DNA of 63,783 nucleotides, filler included, from It is 7 parts of 7 records of this genome, joined end to end, with 100 filler letters (N's around TTAATTAATTAA, not from the genome) between each part and the next. Parts side by side here need not be neighbours in the genome. Positions count along the whole stretch, not along the records: positions 1 to 14,923 come from SRR31156797_20870; positions 15,024 to 22,487 come from SRR31156797_20883; 5 more parts are not named here. One strand, 5' to 3'. Shown piece by piece: positions 11,110 to 20,176 of this stretch (position 1 is its first letter; each line of letters starts with the position of its first letter). The notes under the pieces were generated by a model. It saw only the letters and a program-made list of their open reading frames with translations, ran no database searches and was not told where the DNA came from. The position numbers and the translations under genes were made by a program.

Positions 11110-12429
11110 TCAGGCAGCACCTGATTTTTTGTCTGCAGTTCGATAACGCCAATTTACAACAGCCATTAATAAAAAAAATACACAGGGTATTGTATCGCCG
11201 AGCATGGAGGGGGGATGATAACATGCCCATAAGAGAATCATTGAAAAAGAAAAACAACAGGAACCAAATAAATACGTCTTCCAGTATTTGTCCGGTTCAT
11301 TACGCCAAGCGCGAACCGCATTCCTGAGTATCGAAACTAAAATTGAAAAATAGGTGATAACCCCCAAGAAACCATACTCTATCTGGATATAGCCCAGCGG
11401 CGTCAACCCATAGACAATATTCAACCTGCGGTTCAATCGTCTTCGCGTCAGGTTTTCACCAAACCGAGAGTCCGTATAGGCGCCTGGGCCATAACCAAGC
11501 AAAAAACGGGGGACCCCATCGTTGGTCATAACATTGAAAATCCTCTTGCTGGTCGAAAGCCTTCCTCCGGTTGGCGGGAGGCGGCCGCCTTTCCTCCCTG
11601 CGGTATTCGTGGTGTACTCTGAAGCAAATTTCATTGCATGGGAAAAATTAATAGATCCGCCAACCTTTCTTTCGGGATTCAGCGTTGGAATAAGCGCAAG
11701 CCCTAAAGAAACGATCAACAATCCCGAGACCAAAAGCAAGATGCTCGCTTTGGCCATCGAAACTTTCATAATGGAATTTTTATATTCTCTGGTAAATACA
11801 ATCATGAAAATTATAAAAAAACCAAGAAGGGGAACCATGAAAACAAGGGCCCGTTTACCCCCGATAAAGGAAAAAGCCACAAATCCAAGACATAAAAATA
11901 AAGAAGTCCAGGCTTTTTTATTGTAAAGATACCAGGAAGCGATATAGCCGATGGCAATCAAGGGAATCATGGTGGATAAAGACCCTTCATTAACGCTGTA
12001 TGTACCAATGGCACTTTCGCCTTGTCCATAAATTGTCAGCTTAAAAATAGCCGTCGGTATTTGAATAAAAAATAGTACCGTTAAAAATAAAAATATTTTT
12101 TTTATTTGTTTTTCGCTCAACTCTAAATTGACAACGGCCAAGTAGAGTATATAAAATCTCAGTATCAAACGGATGCTGAAAATAACATGAAGACTCAAAT
12201 TATTGTTGGTAAATGATGATGCCGCCCCAATGACCAAAAAAAAAGCAAAGTTCAAAGCAAGAGGAAACGCAAACGAACGCCCACGAATCCCCTTTTTAAT
12301 TAAAGAGTAAACAAAAAGAAGATAAATAAGCGGTTCCGTCAGCCAATTAAAAACAGGGGGAACTAAATTGTAGGACTCAAGTGACCCCCCAAAGAAAACG
12401 ATGATTAATACTGCATAGACTATCAACAT
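11110..12429 (-). CDS. Putative polysaccharide polymerase (Wzy/O-antigen ligase-like)
   Basis: About 10-11 TM segments with a large loop, LLGYGPG and IEYGFLG motifs; adjacent to the flippase. Confidence 0.7.
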   Translation of the reverse strand: MLIVYAVLIIVFFGGSLESYNLVPPVFNWLTEPLIYLLFVYSLIKKGIRGRSFAFPLALNFAFFLVIGAASSFTNNNLSLHVIFSIRLILRFYILYLAVVNLELSEKQIKKIFLFLTVLFFIQIPTAIFKLTIYGQGESAIGTYSVNEGSLSTMIPLIAIGYIASWYLYNKKAWTSLFLCLGFVAFSFIGGKRALVFMVPLLGFFIIFMIVFTREYKNSIMKVSMAKASILLLVSGLLIVSLGLALIPTLNPERKVGGSINFSHAMKFASEYTTNTAGRKGGRLPPTGGRLSTSKRIFNVMTNDGVPRFLLGYGPGAYTDSRFGENLTRRRLNRRLNIVYGLTPLGYIQIEYGFLGVITYFSILVSILRNAVRAWRNEPDKYWKTYLFGSCCFSFSMILLWACYHPPSMLGDTIPCVFFLLMAVVNWRYRTADKKSGAA

Positions 12430-12502
12430 ATTAAAGCTGCTATAGATTAAATGTTTCTATTTAAAAATTAGGCTTTTGATCTGTGTAAAACATTTTTTAG
12501 AA

Positions 12503-13804
12503 TTATAAAGATCCGGGAATATTTTCCACAAAAATTGTAAAGGTATCGGTGGGTGCAAATTTGGATTTAAAGGCGTCAAAAGAGTATATATTGTTGTCTT
12601 TATCATAAAATACCCTTTCTTTATTTTGATGATTGCTCCATACATTTTTTATCCAGACCGTATTTACGAATTCGGGTGTTATACCTAAATACCGCAACAT
12701 CATTCCTGTTGAAAAGTTACCTTCTCCAACAACAAATTTATTATTCTTAAAAATTAGATTATTTGTTGGCGCGTTTTCTGAGGCGGCAATGTCGACAATA
12801 TTAATATCACGGCTTCCTGATTGAGATACAAACCAATTTCCCTCAACCAAAAGGTCTTTGCATCCACGGACTAACAGCACAGTATTTTTTACCGGTCCTG
12901 TAAAAATGGAGTCTTTTACTAAAACATTTGTAGAATCCCCTATGATAAGGCTATAAAGGGTCTCGTCTCTGGATTCATGATTTAAAATTTTCACATCAAA
13001 TACATTGTGATCGAGCAAAATCCCACTGTCATGATTATTGAAAGTCAAGTTATCTAAAATCCTGATGTTATTTCCTGCTGTGATATCAATTCCCTGTTCG
13101 TTACAATAACTGATCAAGTTTTTCTGGATCAGATGATTTGACCCAAGGGAATTACCATGCTCATCTAAATGGAGGGTAATGCCATCATTGGTCAACACAT
13201 TGCTAATCGTACAGCCTTCGATTGTAGTATCACTCAAGGGACTATATTCGCTGCCCATAAATGCGATACCACTGTTTCCGATTTGGCGTATTGTACAATT
13301 CAAAATTTTAAAATTTTTACCGCCGCCATTCACTAAAATCCCGTTTTTTTTACAATCGTAAATTTCCAAATTCTCCAGCACAATATCATTACAGGCCTTT
13401 GCAAACCCAAGCCCGCTGTATTTTGTCTTTTCAAATATGATATCCTTTACGACAATAAATTGTTTCCCATAGCACTTCAAAATGGAGCCCAAATTATTTC
13501 CTTCAAAAACAGGCTTCTCCTTATTAGGTTCTCCCTGAACGGTGATAACTTGGCCTGGCTGGCCAGAAGTCACAATTTCAATTGGTTCTGTATATGGGTT
13601 GTTGCGACCATTGGATACAATATTGACGACATCTCCCGGCTTAACTTTTTTCATGGCCTTGAAAACGGTCTTAAATGGTTCATCTTCTGACCCGGAAAAC
13701 GCATCTGTTCCCAATTTATTATCAACATAATACGTTGCTGAAAAAACGGAATCCACAGAACCCAAGCAAAGAAAAAATAATATATAGCAGACTATATTTT
13801 TCAT
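12503..13804 (-). CDS. Secreted right-handed parallel beta-helix protein (pectin-lyase-like)
   Basis: Signal peptide, ATYYVD...GSEDEPFKT...KPGDVV start, Asn/Ile-rich PbH1 repeats. Confidence 0.8.
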   Translation of the reverse strand: MKNIVCYILFFLCLGSVDSVFSATYYVDNKLGTDAFSGSEDEPFKTVFKAMKKVKPGDVVNIVSNGRNNPYTEPIEIVTSGQPGQVITVQGEPNKEKPVFEGNNLGSILKCYGKQFIVVKDIIFEKTKYSGLGFAKACNDIVLENLEIYDCKKNGILVNGGGKNFKILNCTIRQIGNSGIAFMGSEYSPLSDTTIEGCTISNVLTNDGITLHLDEHGNSLGSNHLIQKNLISYCNEQGIDITAGNNIRILDNLTFNNHDSGILLDHNVFDVKILNHESRDETLYSLIIGDSTNVLVKDSIFTGPVKNTVLLVRGCKDLLVEGNWFVSQSGSRDINIVDIAASENAPTNNLIFKNNKFVVGEGNFSTGMMLRYLGITPEFVNTVWIKNVWSNHQNKERVFYDKDNNIYSFDAFKSKFAPTDTFTIFVENIPGSL

Positions 13805-13807
13805 TCT

Positions 13808-14356
13808 TTAAACCATTGCCAACTGATAAAAGAAAAATACGATGATTTTTAAGTATTCCATACCAATATGCCGAATCTCAGACCAGGTAAGATACAAAGG
13901 GAATGAACCTTTTTGGGGAAAATGGCTTCCAATGCATTGTATTTGATAAGTTTCCCGCTCAAATACTTTTGAGGCCATAATTTTTATCCGCCTTATGTGC
14001 CAAGGGGAACTAACCAATATGGCAGATCTTAACCCAGCATTATCCATCATTGCTTTAGCTTGAAGGATTTCGATATGCGTATTCTGATAATAATTCGGAT
14101 ATACTTTGCCCTCTAAAACGCCCGTTGTAATTTTTTCTTCTTTTTCCTTACCGACTAATGAAACAATTTTATTATATGCCGGAATAATGAGAACCTTTGC
14201 ATATCCTTTTTCGATTATTTCTTTTGCCTTTGCCTGCCTTTTGTTCAGCTCCGGCCCTACAAACAGAATGACCGCATCGGATATGACAATATTATTGGCG
14301 GCCAAACAATCAGCAGAAAAACCATACACCTCCAAAAGGCAGATTATGCTTGCCAA
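13808..14356 (-). CDS. YdcF/DUF218 (ElyC-like) protein; start uncertain
   Basis: NTHIE, ILVSSPWHIRR and EYLK motifs of DUF218. Confidence 0.75.
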   Translation of the reverse strand: MASIICLLEVYGFSADCLAANNIVISDAVILFVGPELNKRQAKAKEIIEKGYAKVLIIPAYNKIVSLVGKEKEEKITTGVLEGKVYPNYYQNTHIEILQAKAMMDNAGLRSAILVSSPWHIRRIKIMASKVFERETYQIQCIGSHFPQKGSFPLYLTWSEIRHIGMEYLKIIVFFFYQLAMV

Positions 14357-14401
14357 TAATAAATTTTTAATTGCTTTGATTCCGAATTAAATGACATGAC
14401 A

Positions 14402-14923
14402 TTATAATGTGCTTTGAAATTCATCATAGGTGCTTTTAACACCTGATTCAAATTCGATAGAAAATTTCCACCCCAATTTTTCGAGGCGGGAAACATCCAG
14501 CAGCTTGCGGGCAGTGCCGTCGGGCTTAGTGGCATTAAATAGGATTTCTCCGTCAAAACCGACCTGGGTTTTTACAATTTCCGCAAGCTCTTTTATGGTG
14601 CAGTCCGATCCGGTGCCCACATTCACAAAGCACGGGGAAGGGTAGGTCAGATGTGCGTCAACATCATTATTTACCAGAGACATCACATACACACTGGCAT
14701 CCGCCATATCATCCACATGCAAAAATTCTCTTCTGGGTGTCCCTGTCCCCCAGACAACCACTTCAGGAGCCTTGGAGACCTTGGCTTCGTGGAATTTCCG
14801 GATCAGGGCCGGGAGCACATGAGAAGTTTCAAGGTCAAAATTATCGTTGGGGCCGTAGAGATTGGTAGGCATAACCGCCATGAACCGGGTGCCGTACTGC
14901 CTATTGTAGGCCTCGCACATCTT
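14402..14923 (-). CDS. fcl: GDP-L-fucose synthase, C-terminal part (5' end cut by the contig end)
   Basis: MPTNLYGPNDNFDLETSHVLPALIRK, WGTGTPRREFLHVDD, KPDG..RKLLDVS. Confidence 0.95.
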   Translation of the reverse strand, partial: KMCEAYNRQYGTRFMAVMPTNLYGPNDNFDLETSHVLPALIRKFHEAKVSKAPEVVVWGTGTPRREFLHVDDMADASVYVMSLVNNDVDAHLTYPSPCFVNVGTGSDCTIKELAEIVKTQVGFDGEILFNATKPDGTARKLLDVSRLEKLGWKFSIEFESGVKSTYDEFQSTL

Positions 14924-15023
14924 NNNNNNNNNNNNNNNNNNNNNNNNNNNNNNNNNNNNNNNNNNNNTTAATTAATTAANNNNNNNNNNNNNNNNNNNNN
15001 NNNNNNNNNNNNNNNNNNNNNNN
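14924..15023. other. Artificial contig spacer
   Basis: 100 nt of N around TTAATTAATTAA (stops in all six frames); base composition changes across it. Confidence 0.98.
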
Positions 15024-15833
15024 TTTTCTTTTACTCATAACTGTATAGTTGATACCAAGTCTTGCAAATTCGTGTTGGTATGGTCTTGGTGGAGTTAAGT
15101 TTAGTTCATCTAAAACCCAGTTATAAATATCTCTGTTGTTTTCAAACTCTAAAGTACAAATTGAGTGAGAAACTCCTTCAATATAATCAGATAAACAATG
15201 AGCAAAATCATACATTGGGTAAATACACCAGTCATTTTGTGTTCTAAAGTGGTGTGCGTGTCTGATTCTATATAAAAGTGGGTCTCTAAGTTTCATATTT
15301 GCTGCACTCATATCTATTTTTGCTCTTAATACATGCTCTGCATTTTGAAACTCACCGTTTTTCATTTTCTCAAAAAGTTCAAGATTTTCTTCTATAGTTC
15401 TATTTGCAAATTCACTTCTTTTTCCAGGTTCTGTTACAGTTCCTCTAAACTCTTTCATTTGCTCTTCAGTGATACTATCTACATAAGCTTTTCCCATTTT
15501 GATTAATTCAACTGCATATTCGTATATTTTTGGAAAATAGTCAGATGTATATCTTACTTCACCTGCCCAGTCAAATCCAAGCCATTCAACAGCATCTTTT
15601 AAAGCTTCAACATATTTTGTATCTTCTGTAGTTGGGTTTGTATCGTCCATTCTAAGATTACATTCACCATTGTAATCTTTTGCAATTCCAAAATTTATAC
15701 AGATTGACTTCGCATGTCCTATATGTGGGAAGCCATTTGGCTCAGGAGGAAACCTAGTAACTATATTTTGGTATTTTTCAGATTTTAAGTCTGTTTCAAC
15801 TATTGTTCGTAAAAAATCTTTGCTTTCACTCAT
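15024..15833 (-). CDS. glnS: Glutamine--tRNA ligase, N-terminal part (3' truncated)
   Basis: [18 protein letters not shown] (HIGH motif), CTLEFEN, VMSKRK. Confidence 0.96.
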
Positions 15834-15984
15834 TCTTATTAAACCTTTTGATTATAACTCTTAATTGATTGAATTTTATCTAATTAGTCCTTATAACATA
15901 GGGGTTTTCTATGTTTTTAATTAAATAAAAAGTTAATGTTTTTGTATTAGTTAGTAATTTAATAACAGATAAATAATTTTTATG

Positions 15985-16007
15985 TATAATTCGCAAAAAA
16001 TTAGGAG
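15985..16007 (+). promoter_or_regulatory. Putative -10 box (TATAAT, 15985-15990) and RBS (AGGAG, 16003-16007) of the ubiquitin-autotransporter gene
   Basis: RBS lies 7 nt before an in-frame TTG at 16015, favouring this start over the ATG at 15982. Confidence 0.6.
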
Positions 16008-16014
16008 ATATGTT

Positions 16015-17235
16015 TTGAAAACAAAATTAACATATATTATTTTATTTGTATTTATTTTTAATATAAACCTTTATGCAATGCAAATATTTGTAAGAACACT
16101 TGAAGGTAAAAATATTGCACTAGAAGTTGAAGCAAATGATACAATTGAAAATGTAAAATCAAAAATACAAGAAAAAGAGGGTGTTTCACCTAGTAATCAA
16201 ACCTTGATTTTTGCAGGAAAAGAACTTGAAGAGGGAAGAACTTTAGCTGATTATAATATACAAAAAGAAAGTACTCTTCATTTAATTGTGACAATAGTTA
16301 CACCTACAATTAATATAGAGGGTATAAAAAAAGTTGGAAGTTTAGTTAACACTTCTTTAAAAGTTAGTGATTTAGTCTTACATGGTTTGCATGGGCACCC
16401 TTTAGACTTAAGAAAAAAAGATGGTAAACAAAATATTATTTGGGTTTCAGGAGATATTGGAAATAGTGGAAATGATATTGATGTTGACTATTTTAGAGTA
16501 GGGGAGATAGGAACAAGTATATTCTCAAATGAAAATATACAAATAAATCTAACTATTGGTAAAAACTACAGTAAAGAAAGAACTACAACAAATGGTTATC
16601 AAAAGTTAAATGGTACATTTTTAACTTTAGAAAGCTTATTAAATATTGATAGTATAAATGAAGATTTATGGTTAACTTTGTCTTTTTACTACAATAATAC
16701 AAATGCAACAATACAAAGAGAATTTATCGATTCAACTACAAAAATAGTAAATGGAAAAACAGATGTAAAATCTTATGCCTTAAGAGCAAGATTTGATTTA
16801 GAAAACTATATTGAGTATGGTAAGTTTAGTTTGACTCCATATATTGAAACATCATTTTACAAAACAAAAATGGAAGCGTTTAGTGAAAATTCTAGTGAAA
16901 ATTTAGCTGCAAACTATACTGATAGTTCAAAAAATATTTGGGAATCAAGAGTGGGATTCACAAGCCACTATTATTTTACTAAGTCTTTGTCCTTCTTATT
17001 TGGTATGGAACAAAACTATAACTTAAATGAGACAGACTCACATATTTCAGGAGTGTTTAATAGTAGCGATAGTTTTTCATATCTTGTTGACAAAAAAGAC
17101 AAAAATTGGATAAAAACTACAGTTGGATTTAATAAAGAGTTTGAAAAAAGTAGATTAAATATATATTATAACTTTAGTACAAAAAGTGATGACTATGATA
17201 GATGGTTAGGATTTAACTGGAGTTTTAGCTATTAA
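16015..17235 (+). CDS. Ubiquitin-passenger autotransporter: Sec signal peptide + eukaryote-type ubiquitin domain (16078-16287) + linker + autotransporter beta-barrel
   Basis: [91 protein letters not shown]; the ~300-aa C-terminal part has amphipathic strands, LTPYIE...MEAFSE and aromatic end [10 protein letters not shown]. Confidence 0.88.
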   Translation: MKTKLTYIILFVFIFNINLYAMQIFVRTLEGKNIALEVEANDTIENVKSKIQEKEGVSPSNQTLIFAGKELEEGRTLADYNIQKESTLHLIVTIVTPTINIEGIKKVGSLVNTSLKVSDLVLHGLHGHPLDLRKKDGKQNIIWVSGDIGNSGNDIDVDYFRVGEIGTSIFSNENIQINLTIGKNYSKERTTTNGYQKLNGTFLTLESLLNIDSINEDLWLTLSFYYNNTNATIQREFIDSTTKIVNGKTDVKSYALRARFDLENYIEYGKFSLTPYIETSFYKTKMEAFSENSSENLAANYTDSSKNIWESRVGFTSHYYFTKSLSFLFGMEQNYNLNETDSHISGVFNSSDSFSYLVDKKDKNWIKTTVGFNKEFEKSRLNIYYNFSTKSDDYDRWLGFNWSFSY

Positions 17236-17311
17236 GCACAAGCTTAAAAGATAAATAAAACACTTTTCTGATAATATAAAATAATATTTTTACATATAAA
17301 GGGAAAGTGTT

Positions 17312-18100
17312 TTGAAAAGAGTATTTTTATTTTGCTTTATACTTGTAGGTATTTTTTCTTTTAAGTATGTTTATGAAAACTACATAAAACCTATCTCTTT
17401 TTATCATATAGAAGATTTTCAATCTCCTTCTAAACCTATCACTTTAAATGCAGGAAAGATAATAAGATTTAGTTTTAAAAATACTTTTGACAATATAGAA
17501 AGTTTTTGTGAACTTAGGGTTCCTGATGAATATGGTATAAATCATAAATTCCCAATTTTTGTGTGGTTTTCTCCTGGTCATGGTTCTTATAAAGTTAAAG
17601 ATATTCCAAATTTTGTAGATAGAAAAAAATACTTTTTATTAGCTTTGCCTTACAAAAATAATCAACTTCCTAGACTAGCAATTAAAGACGGTTATATAGA
17701 TGAGTTATGGGATTATGACAGTTCTATGCTTGCATTTGTAAAATCAGTTATTCCAAATCTTAGTTCAAAAATAAGACTAGTGGGTGGTTTTAGTAGTGGT
17801 GCGCATATGATTGGCTCAGGACTTGATAAAAACTGGCAAGGGTTTACAGACTTTTTTACAGGTTATATTATTCATGAAGGTGGTGGTGCTCCCACAATGA
17901 TGTATGAAGGTATAAAACCATCAGACAAGATTCTTTTAACTTATGGTGAAAAAAGTAATGGTTTTGGGGAGTATGTTGCAAAAGCTATGACTGATAACCA
18001 TAATAATATTACAGTAAGAGCTTTACCAAATACAGCCCATGAAATAAGCTCTGAAACCGTTTCAATAGTTAGTTTATGGATAAAACAAAATTTTGAATAA
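17312..18100 (+). CDS. Exported or membrane-anchored alpha/beta-hydrolase-like hypothetical protein
   Basis: N-terminal hydrophobic segment, GGFSSGAHM (GxSxG nucleophile elbow), C-terminal His in NTAHE. Confidence 0.6.
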   Translation: MKRVFLFCFILVGIFSFKYVYENYIKPISFYHIEDFQSPSKPITLNAGKIIRFSFKNTFDNIESFCELRVPDEYGINHKFPIFVWFSPGHGSYKVKDIPNFVDRKKYFLLALPYKNNQLPRLAIKDGYIDELWDYDSSMLAFVKSVIPNLSSKIRLVGGFSSGAHMIGSGLDKNWQGFTDFFTGYIIHEGGGAPTMMYEGIKPSDKILLTYGEKSNGFGEYVAKAMTDNHNNITVRALPNTAHEISSETVSIVSLWIKQNFE

Positions 18101-18202
18101 TAAGTTTTTTTTTAAATAAAAAATAAATTTTTATTTTAAAATTTTTTTCTAAAATTATTTAGTTATAATAAATAATTATATTAATAAAAAGGCAATCTTC
18201 AA

Positions 18203-20149
18203 GTGTCTACCACTGAAATAAATCAAAGAGAAGAAATAAAGAAAAAAGCACTAAATGAACACTATATGATAATCTCATTTAAGCCTGATGGTTCAGTAAT
18301 AGAAGCAAATAAATTGTTTTGTGAAACCTCAGGTTATGAGTTATATGAAATAGTTGGAAAACATCATAAAATATTTTGTGATAAAAAATACAGCCAGAGC
18401 GAAGAGTATAAAAAATTTTGGGAAGATTTAAATAAAGGGAAGGCTCAAACATCTGAGTTTAGAAGAGTGAAAAAAGATGGTGAAACTATTTATATTCAAT
18501 CTTCATATCAACCCTTAATTGATGAAAATGGAAAAGTTTTTGAGGTTTTTAAACTTGCACAAGATATTACAAAACAAAAATTAGAGAGTTTAAATAACTT
18601 AGGACAAATAGAAGCCATAAATAAATCACAATCTATAATTGAGTTTGATAAAAATGGATATATATTAAATGCAAATAAAAAGTTTCTAGCGGCAATGGGT
18701 TATAACCTTAATGAAATAATAGGAAAGCACCATAATATTTTTGTTGAAGAACAATATAAAAATTCAAAAGAATATAAAGAATTCTGGCATAAGCTAAGAG
18801 AAGGGAAATTTGACGCAGGGAAATATGAGAGAATAGGGAAAAATGGTAAAAAAGTATGGATTCAAGCTACTTATACTCCTATTTTAGATATTGATAAAAA
18901 GCCTGTAAAAGTTGTAAAGTTTGCCCAAGATATAACAGAATTTGAAAAAATAAAAAAAGATATTTTAACAAACCTTTATACAAAAGAGAAACTAATTTTA
19001 GATATAGAAGAGAATAAAAATTGTAGTTTAGCAATAATAGATATTGATGAATATTCTTATTTTTTAGATTTTTATGGAGAAGAGTTTGGAAATAAATTAT
19101 TAGTTGAATTCTCAAAAATATTAAGAAATCTTTTCAATAAAGATTTTGAGATATATAGAACAAGTTTAGCAAAGTTTGCTATTTTAAATAAAAACTATTC
19201 AAAAGAGAAATTTTTAAAAATATTAAGAGAAGTTTTAAAAGTTTTCAAAAAATCATTTTTAGATTTAGAAGTAAAAAAATTCCACTTTTTTTTAACTTGT
19301 GGAGTATCTTTTGAAGAAAATAATTCGCTTTTGATTACAGCTAAAAGAGTTCATAAATACGCAAAAAAACTTTCAAAAGATTTAATAGTTTACTCTAAAG
19401 AGTTACATATTGAAGAAGAGTTTGAAAAAAATATTTTGTGGACAGAAAAAATTAAATCTGCACTGGAAGATAATAGAATAAAACTATTTTACCAACCAAT
19501 TTACGATAATAAGAAAGAAAAAATAGATAAATATGAGGCTTTAGTTAGACTTGAAGATATTGATGGACAAATATATTCTCCTTTTTTCTTTTTAGATATT
19601 GCAAAAAAGTCAAAACAATATTTGGATATCTCAAAAGTTGTTATTGATACTGCTTTTAAAAAGTTTGAAAATACAGATTATGAGTTTTCAATAAATCTTA
19701 CTGTTGAAGATATTTGTGATGAGGATTTAAATCAATATTTAATAAGTAAAATAAACAAATATAATGTAGGAAAACAACTTGTAATAGAGATAGTTGAATC
19801 AGAAAAAATAACTACTTATGAGCTGGTTTTCAACTTCATAGAAAAAGTTAAAGAGTTAGGTTGCAAAATAGCAATAGATGATTTTGGGAGTGGTTATAGT
19901 AATTTTGAATATCTAACTAAAATAAATGCAGATTTTGTAAAAATAGACGGAAGTATCATTAAAGGGATTTTGGAAGATAATAACTCTTTTGAAATTTTGA
20001 AATCTATTTTATCTTTTTGTAAAAAAATGCAAATGAAAACAATTGCAGAGTTTATATCTAGTGAACAATTACAAGAAAAAATGAAGAGTTTAGATGTTGA
20101 TTATTCACAAGGTTTTTACCTTGGAAAACCTTGTGAGGATTTAGTTTAA
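18203..20149 (+). CDS. PAS-PAS-degenerate GGDEF-EAL c-di-GMP phosphodiesterase
   Basis: Two PAS/PAC repeats (GKHH.IF...FW..L..G), EALVRL, AIDDFGSGYSN; the GGDEF position reads SLAKF. Confidence 0.88.
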   Translation: MSTTEINQREEIKKKALNEHYMIISFKPDGSVIEANKLFCETSGYELYEIVGKHHKIFCDKKYSQSEEYKKFWEDLNKGKAQTSEFRRVKKDGETIYIQSSYQPLIDENGKVFEVFKLAQDITKQKLESLNNLGQIEAINKSQSIIEFDKNGYILNANKKFLAAMGYNLNEIIGKHHNIFVEEQYKNSKEYKEFWHKLREGKFDAGKYERIGKNGKKVWIQATYTPILDIDKKPVKVVKFAQDITEFEKIKKDILTNLYTKEKLILDIEENKNCSLAIIDIDEYSYFLDFYGEEFGNKLLVEFSKILRNLFNKDFEIYRTSLAKFAILNKNYSKEKFLKILREVLKVFKKSFLDLEVKKFHFFLTCGVSFEENNSLLITAKRVHKYAKKLSKDLIVYSKELHIEEEFEKNILWTEKIKSALEDNRIKLFYQPIYDNKKEKIDKYEALVRLEDIDGQIYSPFFFLDIAKKSKQYLDISKVVIDTAFKKFENTDYEFSINLTVEDICDEDLNQYLISKINKYNVGKQLVIEIVESEKITTYELVFNFIEKVKELGCKIAIDDFGSGYSNFEYLTKINADFVKIDGSIIKGILEDNNSFEILKSILSFCKKMQMKTIAEFISSEQLQEKMKSLDVDYSQGFYLGKPCEDLV

Positions 20150-20176
20150 GACAAAACCCAAATGGGTTTTGTTTTT
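20148..20176. terminator. Bidirectional intrinsic terminator
   Basis: ACAAAACCCA-AA-TGGGTTTTGT hairpin between convergent genes. Confidence 0.7.

Noticed and set aside
14344-14400. Possible frameshift at the 5' end of the DUF218 gene (nearest ATG is out of frame)
   Set aside because: An in-frame TTG start still yields the whole recognisable domain; a frameshift cannot be supported without reads or homologues.
15982-16014. ORF-track start (ATG 15982) for the autotransporter
   Set aside because: This stretch contains a TATAAT box and an AGGAG RBS pointing to TTG 16015, which gives a normal 21-aa signal peptide.
16078-16287. Ubiquitin as eukaryotic contamination or a polyubiquitin/ribosomal-fusion gene
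   Set aside because: It is in frame with a bacterial signal peptide and barrel, has a Shine-Dalgarno site, matches the AT-rich codon style of its neighbours, and lacks the di-Gly tail. It also carries 16 substitutions in 69 residues, more than typical eukaryotic ubiquitins.
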